Source: Thermoanaerobaculia bacterium (GTDB taxonomy: Bacteria; Acidobacteriota; Thermoanaerobaculia; Multivoradales; Multivoraceae). Taken from it: a DNA stretch of 64,000 bases. The stretch covers positions 2,592,001 to 2,656,000 of the forward strand of contig OY761158.1 in the NCBI GenBank assembly GCA_963664405.1. Reading direction: 5' to 3'. Shown piece by piece: positions 20,875-31,578 of the stretch. Below the pieces are notes generated by a model that made no database searches, was not told where the DNA came from, and worked only from the letters and a program-made list of their open reading frames with translations. Both the position numbers and the translations under genes were made by a program. Position 1 is the stretch's first letter; each line of letters opens with the position of its first letter.

Positions 20875-21455
20875 CCACCACCAGGCCCTCGTATCGGCTG
20901 CCAAACGCCCTGAACCGTCCGCGCCCGTTACCACAGACCGCCCGCACGACCCGGTTGCCTCGCTCCTCCGGCTGGTCGAAGTAGCCCTCGTTGATCCCCC
21001 AGCAAAAGACGTGTTTGCGGTCCGCGACGCCCCGGCGCTCGAAGGCCGCCTTGATGTCGTCGTGCTCGAGGAGCAGCTTGGTAATGGTTTCATCCTCGCC
21101 GGAAAGCCGCATGTAGTTCTGGCCCGGCGTGTCGCGCCAATCGAGCATCGTGCCCGCTTGCAGATCGAGCACCGCCTCGTACCCTGCTTCGTTCTGCACC
21201 AGGTGCACCAGGACTTCGCGCCCGAAACGTATCGCCTTCCCGCCACGCCAGCACCTCGGATTTCGGCGGCTCGTGCAAACCGACATAGGCGATGACCATC
21301 TCCGAGTCGGTGCGGTCTGACTTCTGCAGGATGTCGTAGGCGGCCCAGTGCTCCGCGGCCGTCAGGTGATCGAGGGGGTGCTGGGGGGCCGCGACCAGAG
21401 AATCGACCGCCGCAATGAGCATGACGCATACCACGACGAGGTAACGTTTAGACAT
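20875..21455 (-). pseudogene. Copper amine oxidase N-terminal fragment
   Basis: Signal peptide, HPLDHLTAAE, LHEPPKSEVLAW; frameshift near 21230; catalytic domain absent. Confidence 0.75.
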
Positions 21456-21751
21456 AGGTCCTCCCGGGAGAATCTGAATTATCTTCCAAATGGAGCGGCG
21501 CGCCCCTATTGCCCGAACCCCGGGGTGCGCTGCTACCGACGCCAACGCAGAGCTCGTGTCAAACCCATTTTGTACTCGTTCTGGAGAACCCGCCACCCGC
21601 CTTGACGCGCGCCCCCCGAATTCATTCCTCAACGATCACTTTTCGGCGAATATAGTCTAATTCCGTAAGGAGGAGCTGCTGCGGGGACTCAGCCTCCGGC
21701 GGCTTTTTCGACTCACGCTCCCCTGTAGAGGCTGCACCGGAGGTTTAGGCC

Positions 21752-23500
21752 ATGGACCACGCATCAGAACCGAAACGCTTCGAGATCAACCGAGCAAGAA
21801 GCCCCGTAAGACTGGCGATTCGAAGGTGGGTGCCCCTGCTCCTCCTCGGGGCGCTGAGCCTCGCCTCCCCCGCTCCGGGAGCCGATTGGCCGCAGTGGCG
21901 TGGGCCGAACCGCGACGGAGTCGCAGTCGGAAGCGAGCTGCCGGCGCAGCTTCCCGCCGCTCTCCACCCCCTTTGGGAGGTTCCCGTCGGCGTTGGGCAG
22001 TCCTCTCCGATCGTCGTCGGCGACCGCCTCTTCATCCACGCGCGACAGGGTGAGGAAGAAGTCGTCCTCGCCCTTTCGGCGTCGACCGGCAAAGAGCTGT
22101 GGCGGCATGCGTACACGGTTCCGTACGTGCCGGCGACCGCGGCAATCCAGTACGGCCCCGGCCCCAAGTCGACCATGCTGGCCGAAGGCGATTCGGTTTA
22201 CAGTTTCGGCATTCGCGAGCGTCTCCTCGCTCTGGATGCCAACTCTGGCGCGGTGCGCTGGGAGAAGACCTTCGAGGATGACTACAACCCGCCCTACCCG
22301 ATATGGGGAACGGCGGCGTCACCTCTGGTAGAGGGAAATCTGATCATCGTCCCGGTCGGCAACACCGGCTCAGCGGAGGAAGACGACCACGGAGCTCTGA
22401 TTGCCTTCGACAAGGCGACCGGGAAAGAGGTCTGGCGCGCAGACGGACCGCCCGCCTACGTCTCCCCGATGGCCTTCGACCTCGGAGGGGTCCGCCAGAT
22501 CGTGACGATGAGCAATGTGGCCTTCTTCGGCGTCCGGGCGAGTGACGGTGAGCTGCTGTGGTCGAAGGAGTTTACGACCGCCTTCTCCCAGAACACTCCC
22601 ACCACTATCCTCTACAAGGGCATGTTCATCCTCTCGGGCTACCAGGAGGGCGCCGCGGCGCTCCGGGTCGAGCCCCCGAAAGGGGACGGAGCTTGGAAGC
22701 TGACCGAGGTGTGGAAGACGACGCAGGCGGAGCTCTACATGGACTCGCCGGTGCGAGTCGGCGACTATCTGTACTTCCGCTCCTACAAGCGGGCCGGCAC
22801 CTTCGTCTGTCTCGATCCCATGACCGGCAAGATTGTCTGGCAGAGCCCAGGGCGGTGGGCGGCCTACTCGTCGGTCATCGCCGTCGGCGATCGCCTGCTC
22901 GCGCTGACCGACACCGCCGAGCTCAAGGTGATCGCGGCGGATCCAGAGGACTACCGGGAACTGGCCTCTTGGGAGGTGGCGAGCTCTGCCACATGGGCCC
23001 ACCTGGCGCTCTCCGGATCACGGCTCTACGTGAAAGACGAGGAGAACTTGGCAAGCTTCGACCTGGCTGCTGCTCGCTACACCAAAGCCTCCGACCGCCC
23101 CGCAGCGGGAGTCGTCGCCGAGTCGCGGCGAAGTGGAAGGGCTCGAGACTCACGAGATACCGAAGCTGTAGCTGCCATGATCCGCCAATGGATGGCGGCG
23201 ACAACGGCCGGGGATCTGGATCGGATGATGACCTATGTTGCCGAGGATTTCAGATCCGACACCGGCGCGTCGAGGGAGGTCTGGCGCCAATATCTCGGCC
23301 CCACCGCCGGCACCACGGCCGAGACCGAGTCGATGAAGATCGAATGGCAGGGTGCGACCGCCAGCGTCAGCGGTGTGCGATGGATCAGAGGCACCCTGAG
23401 TTTCGGACTCGCGTTGCTCGCCGACGAGCGCGACGGCGAGTGGCGCCTCACCTACTTCGAGTACCTCGGCAACAAGCCGGTCGAGGCGGGCCCGAACTGA
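21752..23500 (+). CDS. Secreted PQQ-like beta-propeller protein with C-terminal NTF2/SnoaL-like domain
   Basis: DWPQWRGPNRDG, GQSSPIV, TGKELW repeats, TWAHLAL; tail WMAATTAGDLDRMMTYVAEDF...DGEWRL; start uncertain. Confidence 0.82.
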   Translation: MDHASEPKRFEINRARSPVRLAIRRWVPLLLLGALSLASPAPGADWPQWRGPNRDGVAVGSELPAQLPAALHPLWEVPVGVGQSSPIVVGDRLFIHARQGEEEVVLALSASTGKELWRHAYTVPYVPATAAIQYGPGPKSTMLAEGDSVYSFGIRERLLALDANSGAVRWEKTFEDDYNPPYPIWGTAASPLVEGNLIIVPVGNTGSAEEDDHGALIAFDKATGKEVWRADGPPAYVSPMAFDLGGVRQIVTMSNVAFFGVRASDGELLWSKEFTTAFSQNTPTTILYKGMFILSGYQEGAAALRVEPPKGDGAWKLTEVWKTTQAELYMDSPVRVGDYLYFRSYKRAGTFVCLDPMTGKIVWQSPGRWAAYSSVIAVGDRLLALTDTAELKVIAADPEDYRELASWEVASSATWAHLALSGSRLYVKDEENLASFDLAAARYTKASDRPAAGVVAESRRSGRARDSRDTEAVAAMIRQWMAATTAGDLDRMMTYVAEDFRSDTGASREVWRQYLGPTAGTTAETESMKIEWQGATASVSGVRWIRGTLSFGLALLADERDGEWRLTYFEYLGNKPVEAGPN

Positions 23501-23546
23501 CAGGCGCTCGGCTTCTACACCCAACAGATCAGGAACGGAGGTCATC

Positions 23547-24320
23547 ATGTCGCTCGTCGATCATTCCATGGACGGCAAGGTAGAGCTGATCACCGGGGGC
23601 TCCAAGGGCATCGGTCGTGCCATCGCCCTGGCGTTTGCCGAGAACGGTGCCGATGTCGCGATCGCGGCCCGAGGTCTCGAGGCACTCGAGGCTACGGGTG
23701 GAGAGCTGCGGGAGCTCGGCCACCGCGCATTAGCGATTCCCGCCGATGTCGGTAGCACCGAAGCACTCGACGACCTCTACGAGCAGGTGGTCGCCGAGCT
23801 CGGTGGCATCGACATCCTGGTCAACAACGCAGCCACCGGCGGTGGCGGCACCCCGATCTCCGAGCTGAAGGAGGACGACTTCCAGCGGGTGATGGCAATC
23901 AACCTGTGGGGACCGATCAGGCTGTCGCAGCTGTGCCGGACCTCGATGAAAGAGCGCGGCGGCGGCATGATCATCAACATCGCGTCGAACGAGGGCGTCC
24001 GGGCGTCGCCAGGACTGGGCATCTACCCGCCCTCCAAGGCGGCGTTGATCAACTTCAGCCAGATGATCGGCAAGGAGTGGGCGAAGGACGGCATCCGCAC
24101 GGCTGCCATCGCTCCCGGTCTGGTCCGGACTGAACTGGCTGCGGGCCTGATCGAGTGGGTGGAGAAAAACAACATCGCCATCAACCCGATGGGCCGCATT
24201 GCGGAGCCGGAGGATATCGCGGCCCTGGTGTTGACCCTGGCGACTCAGGCAGGAAGGTTCACGACCGCTACCACCTACGTTCTGGACGGCGGTGAGCTGA
24301 GTGCAGGACCACTCGGCTAG
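23547..24320 (+). CDS. Short-chain dehydrogenase/reductase
   Basis: TGGSKGIG, NNAA, YPPSK, IAPG. Confidence 0.92.
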   Translation: MSLVDHSMDGKVELITGGSKGIGRAIALAFAENGADVAIAARGLEALEATGGELRELGHRALAIPADVGSTEALDDLYEQVVAELGGIDILVNNAATGGGGTPISELKEDDFQRVMAINLWGPIRLSQLCRTSMKERGGGMIINIASNEGVRASPGLGIYPPSKAALINFSQMIGKEWAKDGIRTAAIAPGLVRTELAAGLIEWVEKNNIAINPMGRIAEPEDIAALVLTLATQAGRFTTATTYVLDGGELSAGPLG

Positions 24321-24510
24321 ACAATCGGGAGCCTGCGCGCCCATCTCATCGCGGATATCGGTCGCGGCCGTCTACGCCGAGCCTGCAGGGTAGAGGGAAC
24401 TGCTATGTCCGAGAGAGATCGCTTTGATGAGCCACAACACGATGCAATCGATCTCATCAGGGATTTCAACACCGGCCTCTACAACCGAGTCACCAGTCCG
24501 GCGTGATGAT

Positions 24511-25782
24511 TCACCCGAGGTGGTCCGCGATCGCCCGGTTGACCGCGTCGGGAGCTTCCAGAGCGACCGCGTGACCCGCCCGCGGCTCGACGTGCAGCCG
24601 CGCTGCGGGGATGGCCCGGGCGATGGCGTCCGAGCCGGGCGTGAGCAGGTCCTCGCCGGCGGCGACGACGAGCGTCGGCACCGATAGCTTGGCGAGGTCG
24701 TCGACGCGGGTACCGGACCAGCTCGCCATTCCGGCGCTCATGCGGTCGAGTGTGGCGGCGGGAACTCGCGCCACGGTCTGGGACAGGCCTCGCAACATGC
24801 GACTGCGCACCGCGGTGTCAGCCAGGAGCCCCGATGAGAAGAACCAGGGCAGCAGCGCCGCGGCCAAGGTCTCGGGAGTCGTCTCGGCCGCCATGCGGCG
24901 CCAGCCCTCTGCCACCGCCAGCAGGCGCGGCGTGGTCTCGACGAAGGGTGTGATCAGGATGAGGGACTTCACGCGATCGGGCTGGTCCAGCGCGAGCTCC
25001 AGTGCCACAGCGGCACCGAGGCTGGCACCGATCACATGCGCAGCCCCTTCGTATACGGCAGCGGCATCCGACGCCATCTGGGCGACGCTGTAGGTTTCTG
25101 AATCGGGCGCGTCGGAGAGGCCCACGCCGCGCGGGTTGACGCCGCGCACCCGAAATCGCTCGGCCAACAGAGGCGCCTGCCGCGCGAAGGCCGAAACGTC
25201 GGTGCCGAGACCGGGCAGGAGGACGACGTCGTCCCCGCTACCGGCGTCGAGCACCTCCAGCCGCACGCCCTTGGCCACCTCGACCAGCGCTTCGCGTGCC
25301 GCCGCATGGGCTTCGACGTCCTGCTTCGTGACGCGCCCGCCCGGGCCTGTTCCGGCAACGCGTTGAAGATCGATCCCGAGTCTCTTGGCCAAGGCGCGCG
25401 CGGCGGGCACGATCGGCTTGCTGGCCGCCGCGGTCGACCTGGCTACGGAGGCTGGCGCGGTCTTCACCTGGAGCCCCGACGCGCTCTTGGGCTCTGGGCG
25501 ATCCTCGGTGGCTCGAAACGACTCGGCGTCGAACTCCTCTTCGACCGTGTCGGTGATGGCGCCAAGCAAGGTTCCACAGGGGACTGTGTCCCCCGTTTCG
25601 ATGTAGGTGTGCCGGAGGATGCCACTGGTCGCAGCCTCGATTTCGACTTCGGCCTTCTCGGACTCGATGATCAGGACGATCTCGCCCTTCTCGACCGGCT
25701 CGCCGATGGACAGCGGCCACTCGATGACCGTGCCCTCCTCCATGGTCATGCCGAGCTTCGGCATCGAGATCGCGGTGGCCAT
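24511..25782 (-). CDS. AcoC-like E2: lipoyl + E3-binding + alpha/beta-hydrolase domains
   Basis: MPKLGMTMEEG, ESEKAE (lipoyl-Lys), GTGPGGRVTKQDV, GASLG nucleophile elbow, AGH. Confidence 0.85.
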   Translation of the reverse strand: MATAISMPKLGMTMEEGTVIEWPLSIGEPVEKGEIVLIIESEKAEVEIEAATSGILRHTYIETGDTVPCGTLLGAITDTVEEEFDAESFRATEDRPEPKSASGLQVKTAPASVARSTAAASKPIVPAARALAKRLGIDLQRVAGTGPGGRVTKQDVEAHAAAREALVEVAKGVRLEVLDAGSGDDVVLLPGLGTDVSAFARQAPLLAERFRVRGVNPRGVGLSDAPDSETYSVAQMASDAAAVYEGAAHVIGASLGAAVALELALDQPDRVKSLILITPFVETTPRLLAVAEGWRRMAAETTPETLAAALLPWFFSSGLLADTAVRSRMLRGLSQTVARVPAATLDRMSAGMASWSGTRVDDLAKLSVPTLVVAAGEDLLTPGSDAIARAIPAARLHVEPRAGHAVALEAPDAVNRAIADHLG

Positions 25783-25788
25783 GTTCGC

Positions 25789-26796
25789 TCAGCCCATTTC
25801 GCCGACAGCGTCGAGAACGTCCTGGGCCGAGGGGACGAACGCCTGCTCTAGAACAGCGCTGAAAGGTACGGGCGTGTGCGGCGCCGTGACGCACTTCACG
25901 GGTGCCTGCAGGAAGTCGAAGCCGCGGTCGACACACAAGGCCGCCACGTCGCGGGCCACCGAACAGCGCGGTGTCGATTCGTCGATCACGACCAGACGCC
26001 CGGTCTTTTCGAGCGTGCGCAGGATCGCCCCTTCGTCGAGCGGCGAGAGCGAGCGTAGATCGAGGATCTCCGCACTGGTGCCGGCGCCGTCGAGCGCCTC
26101 GGCCGCCTCCACCGCCACCTTCACCATTGCCCCGAAAGCGACCAGGGAGACGTCGCTGCCCTCGCGGATCAAGTTGGCTTCGCCGAGGGGGATTTCGTAA
26201 TCACCCTCGGGAACCTCGCCGACCTCGTTCAAGATGCCCTTGGCTTCACAGAAGATCACGGGGTCGTCGTCGCGGATGGCGGCAAGCAGCAGCCCCTTCG
26301 CGTCCCGCGGCGACGACGGGATCACCGTCTTCAGACCGGGGATTCCTGTGGTGATCCAATACAGCGACTGGGAGTGTTGGGCGGCGGCCTGCATGCCGGC
26401 ACCGCTCACGGTGCGAACGGTGAGCGGCACCTTCACCTTGCCGCCGAACATGTAGCGGAGCTTCGCCGCCTGATTGAGCAGCGGGTCGAGACAGGTGCCG
26501 AGGAAGTCGATGAACATCAGCTCGGCGATCGGACGCAGCCCCGTAACCGCCGCGCCGACGGCCGTTCCGATCAGGCCCATCTCGGCGATCGGCGTATCGC
26601 GCACGCGGTTCATGCCGAACTCACCAACCAGGCCGCGCGTAGTGCCGAGCACGCCGCCCATCTCTTCGGTGCCTTCCGATGATCGATCGCCACCGCCTGC
26701 CACGTCCTCGCCGATCAGGATCACCTTCGGGTCGCTTCGCATCGCGATCGCGATGGCCTCGTTGATGGCACCGCCGGTGTTGAGTTCACGCGTCAT
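25789..26796 (-). CDS. acoB: ThDP-dependent acetoin dehydrogenase-like E1 beta
   Basis: GEDVAGG, DTPIAE, NQAAKLRYMFGGK, AAQHSQS, DLRSLSPLD. Confidence 0.85.
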   Translation of the reverse strand: MTRELNTGGAINEAIAIAMRSDPKVILIGEDVAGGGDRSSEGTEEMGGVLGTTRGLVGEFGMNRVRDTPIAEMGLIGTAVGAAVTGLRPIAELMFIDFLGTCLDPLLNQAAKLRYMFGGKVKVPLTVRTVSGAGMQAAAQHSQSLYWITTGIPGLKTVIPSSPRDAKGLLLAAIRDDDPVIFCEAKGILNEVGEVPEGDYEIPLGEANLIREGSDVSLVAFGAMVKVAVEAAEALDGAGTSAEILDLRSLSPLDEGAILRTLEKTGRLVVIDESTPRCSVARDVAALCVDRGFDFLQAPVKCVTAPHTPVPFSAVLEQAFVPSAQDVLDAVGEMG

Positions 26797-27767
26797 TCGC
26801 TGTACCTCACGTAGACGTCCGTCAGGACGTCATCGGGAGTGGGCATCGGCCCCTGCTCGGCCTGCTCGAAGGCTTCGCTGAGAAAGGCGGCCACCTCGCC
26901 GTCGACCGTGCGGCAGTCGTCGGATTCGAGCAGGTTCGCTTCGGTAACCCGGGCTTCGAAGAGATCGAGCGGATCGCGGTTCTGGATCCAGTCCTCGGCT
27001 TCTTCCTTGTCGCGATACGGAGTCGTGTCGCCCACGTAGTGGCCGGAGAACCGATAGGTCTTGCATTCGAGGAGTGTCGGCCCCTCTCCCTGACGTGCCA
27101 GCTCGATCGCTTGTCCCGCCTTCTCGTAGACGTCGAAGAAATCCATGCCGTCGGCGATGACGGCCCGCATTCCGTAGGAAGACGCTCTCTCGACGATGTC
27201 CTTCACGGGCACTGCGAAATCGGTCGGCGTGAACTCGCCGAAGCCATTGTTCTCGCACACGTACACCGCGGGCAGCTTCCAGTTCGATGCCATGGTCAGC
27301 GATTCGTGGAACTGCCCCTGATTGGTAGCGCCATCACCGAAGAAGCTGACGGCGACGTTGCTCCGGCCCTGCACCTGCGCGCTGAGGGCGGCACCCGTCA
27401 CCAGCGGAATGCCGCCGCCGACGATTCCGTTCGCGCCGAGCATTCCCCTGTCGACGTCGGCGATATGCATGGAGCCACCCTTGCCCCGATTGGTCCCAGT
27501 GGTCCGGCCGAAGAGCTCGGCCATCATGGCCTTCACATCCACCCCCTTGGCGATGCAGTGGCCATGTCCCCGGTGGGTCGAGCCGACTTGATCGTCGTCA
27601 TCGAGGTGCGCACACACGCCCACCGCGATGGCTTCCTCGCCGGCGTACATGTGCATGAACCCCCCGACCTTGCCGGCAGCGACCAGCTCCTCGAGCTTCT
27701 CTTCGAACGATCGAATCGTTCGCATCAGACGGTAGACGTCGAGCAGTTCCGTTTGCGAGAAATCCAT
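26793..27767 (-). CDS. acoA: ThDP-dependent acetoin dehydrogenase-like E1 alpha
   Basis: HMYAGEEA, STHRGHGHCIAKG, GKGGSMHIAD, GDGA...ENN ThDP motif; AAGGAG RBS before ATG 27767. Confidence 0.85.
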   Translation of the reverse strand: MDFSQTELLDVYRLMRTIRSFEEKLEELVAAGKVGGFMHMYAGEEAIAVGVCAHLDDDDQVGSTHRGHGHCIAKGVDVKAMMAELFGRTTGTNRGKGGSMHIADVDRGMLGANGIVGGGIPLVTGAALSAQVQGRSNVAVSFFGDGATNQGQFHESLTMASNWKLPAVYVCENNGFGEFTPTDFAVPVKDIVERASSYGMRAVIADGMDFFDVYEKAGQAIELARQGEGPTLLECKTYRFSGHYVGDTTPYRDKEEAEDWIQNRDPLDLFEARVTEANLLESDDCRTVDGEVAAFLSEAFEQAEQGPMPTPDDVLTDVYVRYSE

Positions 27768-27778
27768 GGCGCGCTCCT

Positions 27779-29165
27779 TTAGTCGTCGAAGGACCAGCTC
27801 TCGAGTCGATCCAAGCTCTTCGTATAGTGGCGTAGACAGATCGCCAAGCAGACGACGGCGAACGCCTTCGCGATTAACGCAGTCAAAGCCAGCGAGTAGT
27901 GCACCATCATCTCGTCTTTGAAGACGTAGTCGGTGACGATCGCCACGATTTGTGGGCCTAAGGCCGTGCCGAGAAGGCCGCCCACGAAAAGATAGACGGC
28001 CGTCGCCTGCCCGCGCATCTGATTCGGCATCATCTCGTGAATGGCCGCCACTGCAATCCCCCACGGCATCGCCCCGAAGAAGGAGGCAACGGCGTAGAGC
28101 ACGATGGCCAAGGTCGCGTTCGGCACCAGCGGGTAGGCCACGACGAGCGGCAAGGGGGCCAAGGCCGAGAACAGGCCGACGCGGATCGTGGCGTCACGGT
28201 AGCCGCGCTCCCCGAGCCAGTCGGCGAGCCAGCCGGCGGTCAGGATCCCGAGGGGGCCGACGGTGATAAGGACCACACCCAGCACCTTGCCGGTCAGAGC
28301 GGGCTCCCAGCCGTGGATGCGAATAAAGAGCGACGGTACCCAGGCGCCGGAACCGTAGCCGGCGAAGGAGAGCCAGGCGAAGCCGATGTTGTGGGTCAAG
28401 ACGGTCTTGGCGTTGCGACGGGCGTAGCGCAAGAAGGCCGAGAGCGGCAGCTTCGCCGCCCGTGCCGTGCCGTCCTCTCCTACTATTTTGTGCACTCCTC
28501 TGCGAATCGGCTCGCGTATTGTCAGGAGCAAGAGAGTGAGCGGAATGGTCGGCGTGGCGATGATAAAGAAGACCATCTGCCAGGATTTGCGCGGACCGAC
28601 GAAAGGCAGATCGTAAAGCGTGCCGGTTCCGACGAGTTCGAGGACGTAGCCGCCGACCAAATTGGCGAGACCGCCTCCCAGAAAGATCCCGAGGCCGTAG
28701 ACGCTCATAGCCGTGGAAAGGCGACGCCGCGGGAAGAGGTCGGTAATCAGGGAATAGGCCGATGGCCCAAGCGATGCCTCGCCGACTCCGACGCAGATTC
28801 GTGCCGCAAGAAGCTGAGAGTAGGTGCGTCCGAGTCCGAAGCTCACCGAGGCGAGCGACCAGAAGAACTGGCCGAGGGCGATCAACCAGCGCCGACTCAT
28901 CCGATCCGCCAGCCAACCGAGCGGCAGCCCGGCGATGATGTAGGAGATCGCAAACGAGGGGGCCCATGAGAAAACCCATCTGGGTGTCCGAGATCTTCAT
29001 GTCGGCCTTGATCGGGTCGACCAGGAGGCCGAGGATCTGCCGATCGAGAAAAGAGTTCAGATAGATCCCCGTCAGGATGAAGACGCAGTACCAGGCGTAG
29101 GCTGGCGCCGGGTAGGGCGACTCTCGCTCAGCTGCGGGCGAGGCTTGATCGGCCGTCTCTGACAT
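27779..29165 (-). CDS. Spinster-family MFS transporter, +1 frameshift in a homopolymer near 28960
   Basis: AYAWY, SFLDRQILGLLVDPIKAD, GVGEASLGPSAYSLITDLFP, PNQMRGQATA. Confidence 0.82.
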
Positions 29166-29187
29166 CCCAATCCCGGGCGCCGTCGGC

Positions 29188-30396
29188 TCAGCCGAGCGCC
29201 TGGAAGGCGCGCGCTGTGCCGGCCAGGGCTTGGTCGATGTCGCGCTCGGTGTGCGCCACGGACAGGAACATGTTGTGCCAGGGGTGTAAGTAAACTCCGT
29301 TGGCGAGCGCATGCCCGCAGAACGCAAGGCCCTTCGATAGCTCGGGGTCGTCCTCGAACATCACGGTCGGCATCTGCGGCGGACCGGTCTGCTGGATCGC
29401 GTGGCCGTAGCGCTGCGCCTGCTCGGCAAGCCCGGCCCTGAACGCCTGGCCCAGCTCGAGGAGCCGGGTCGGCGCGTCGAGCTCCTCTACGACGTCGAGC
29501 GTCGCGAGCGCCGCCGCAAAGGGCGCGGCCTGATACCAGAACGAGCCCGTGACAAAGATCTGCGACGCGGCGTCCCGGTACGCCTCGCTGCCCAGAACTG
29601 CTGCAAGCGGCTCTCCGTTTGCTATCGCCTTGCCCCACGCCGAGAGGTCCGGCTCGACGCCAAGGGTCGCCCAGCTCGCATCCAGCGACAGACGCAACCC
29701 GGCCCGCACCTCGTCAAGGATGAGGGCGGCTCCCTCCGAGTCGCAGATCTGGCGCACCGCGCGGGCGAAGGCCGGGTCGACGAGCTCCTGCGGGTAGCCC
29801 GCGTCGTGCTTGAAGGCCGACACGGCGATTCCCGCGAGGTCGCCGGCGGAAGCCTCGGCGGCCGCGCGCAGGCTTTCTGTGTCGTTGTACGTGAACGTCG
29901 GGTAGTTCGCGTGCTCCTCTGCCGGCGTTCCACGCGACAAGTGGTTTGCCCACGGCTGAGAGCCGTGGTAAGCGCCGGCCGCAACCAGGATCTTGTGCTT
30001 CTCACTCTTGGCTCGCGCGACCATGTTGCAGACCGTCGTCGCATCGTTGCCGTTCTTCGCGAAGATCGCCCAGTCGGCGTGCCCGACTTGAGCTACCAGG
30101 CGCTCGGCCAAGTCCACGATGAGGGCCGGTGGGCCGTTCGCGATGTCGAGCGCGCCGCGCTGCGCATCGGCCGCAGCGCAGATGCGCGGATTGCGGTAGC
30201 CGGCAATCATGGGTCCGTACGAGCACATGAAGTCGATGTACTCGTTGTCGTCCACGTCCCACAGTCGGCAGCCTTCGGCACGCGCGAAGAACTGCGGGTA
30301 GTTCTTCGGCATCCTGTAGGACACCGACTGGTGCCCGTACATGCCTCCGGGAATCACCCGCTCGGCCCGAGCCCGCAACGCCTTATCGTTCTTCAT
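29188..30396 (-). CDS. Class III aminotransferase, FumI (aminopentol aminotransferase)-like
   Basis: AERVIPGGMYGH, HADWAIFAKNG, AYHG, DEVRAG, PDLSAWGKAIANG, IFVTGSFW, HPWHNMFLS match FumI as recalled. Confidence 0.8.
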   Translation of the reverse strand: MKNDKALRARAERVIPGGMYGHQSVSYRMPKNYPQFFARAEGCRLWDVDDNEYIDFMCSYGPMIAGYRNPRICAAADAQRGALDIANGPPALIVDLAERLVAQVGHADWAIFAKNGNDATTVCNMVARAKSEKHKILVAAGAYHGSQPWANHLSRGTPAEEHANYPTFTYNDTESLRAAAEASAGDLAGIAVSAFKHDAGYPQELVDPAFARAVRQICDSEGAALILDEVRAGLRLSLDASWATLGVEPDLSAWGKAIANGEPLAAVLGSEAYRDAASQIFVTGSFWYQAAPFAAALATLDVVEELDAPTRLLELGQAFRAGLAEQAQRYGHAIQQTGPPQMPTVMFEDDPELSKGLAFCGHALANGVYLHPWHNMFLSVAHTERDIDQALAGTARAFQALG

Positions 30397-30426
30397 GCTT
30401 TCTTTCCCGCGCGACCCTACCCGGAC

Positions 30427-30906
30427 TCACTTCTTTCGCTGCCAGACCAGATCGTACTCGGTCTCCCAGGTCTCGCCCCCGTCCGACGAAAGCAGCGATA
30501 GCTCGCGGATCCGGCCGTCGGGCAGGTTGAAGTAGCTGAAGCGGCCCGCCTTGCCCTTTGCCAAGCCTCCGCTTTCCTTGGTGACGAAGCGAAGTTCGTT
30601 GCCAACCATGTTTCCGTCTTCGAATAGCGAGCGCCGTCCGCCTGGCTTCGACTCTCCGGCAAAGAGCGCCCAGTTGTTCTCTTCGCTGCTGTAGGCGAGC
30701 AGGCAGAGAGAATCTGGAACGCCTTCGGCGAGGCCGGTCCACTTCTGGACCAGGTAACAGCCCTCGGGACCCAGCTCCCAGAGGGTTTTGCCAATAGGCG
30801 TACCGTCGCCGACGGTGACCTCCCATTCTCCGAGCAGAAAGTGCGCGGCGGCACCGGCGGGGTCCGCCAGCGCGGAAGATTGTGCGGGGCCTCGTGTCGA
30901 ACCCAT
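30427..30906 (-). CDS. Hypothetical DUF1579-like protein, paralog lacking signal peptide
   Basis: HFLLGEWEV, SSDGGETW; paralog of 31579-32136. Confidence 0.7.
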   Translation of the reverse strand: MGSTRGPAQSSALADPAGAAAHFLLGEWEVTVGDGTPIGKTLWELGPEGCYLVQKWTGLAEGVPDSLCLLAYSSEENNWALFAGESKPGGRRSLFEDGNMVGNELRFVTKESGGLAKGKAGRFSYFNLPDGRIRELSLLSSDGGETWETEYDLVWQRKK

Positions 30907-30966
30907 GTCGTCCTCCTTCTGGAGCTGCGGCGCCCCGGGGGCAGCCCTCTCCGGCTCGCCGATTCG

Positions 30967-31539
30967 CTAGGCGGGGAGCTCCCCGATAAGCTCGAACCAA
31001 ACCTGGATCTTGCCCTGGTGGACGAGGAACATACTGGTGTTTGGCACATCGACCTGAGGGCCCTGGGCGTTGGTCCAGTTATCTCGACGCTGGTGGATGA
31101 CCACGTGTCCGAGCGCCTCTTCGCGCGTGATCATCAGCTTCTGATCCGTGTTGTCAAAGCAGCACGACTCCAGCGTCTCCATGATCGCCGTCCGGCCCTT
31201 CACCTCTTTTCGGGCCCACTCCCCGCTGGTGGCCGCGTCCCCGTGGGTCCAGAATCGGGCGTCCTCGGCGAGGAGGCTGGAGACCCGATCCCAGTCGCCC
31301 GCCTCCATCGCCTTGGTGAAGTCGCGCGTGGTCTGTATATGCGCCTTCTCGTCCGCCGTCGAGGTGGCGCCGGGTTCCGGCGCCGTCAGGGCGGCGCGCG
31401 CCGACCGCGGCAGGAAAGCCGCCGCAGCGATTCCCAAGGAGGTCGATGCCAGCAGACGACGGCGATCGACGAGTTGTCGCGACTCGCGGACGAGGCGTGG
31501 TGCCTCGGGTGTCTCTCTCATGTCCAGTGTCTCCCTCAT
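30967..31539 (-). CDS. Tat-exported limonene-epoxide-hydrolase-like (NTF2/SnoaL) protein
   Basis: DRRRLL...ARA signal; GRTAI, VVIHQRRD, GKIQVW. Confidence 0.72.
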   Translation of the reverse strand: MRETLDMRETPEAPRLVRESRQLVDRRRLLASTSLGIAAAAFLPRSARAALTAPEPGATSTADEKAHIQTTRDFTKAMEAGDWDRVSSLLAEDARFWTHGDAATSGEWARKEVKGRTAIMETLESCCFDNTDQKLMITREEALGHVVIHQRRDNWTNAQGPQVDVPNTSMFLVHQGKIQVWFELIGELPA

Positions 31540-31578
31540 GTCTAGATTTATCCGAACTCACATCCTTGACGCCTGCAC

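Noticed and set aside
20255-21286. Novel amine-oxidase/toprim fusion protein
   Set aside because: Both parts are truncated and the start is frameshifted; best read as a deletion junction.
29188-30396. hemL (glutamate-1-semialdehyde aminomutase)
   Set aside because: Lacks the PGGVNSPVR and SGTEA signatures; no tetrapyrrole context.
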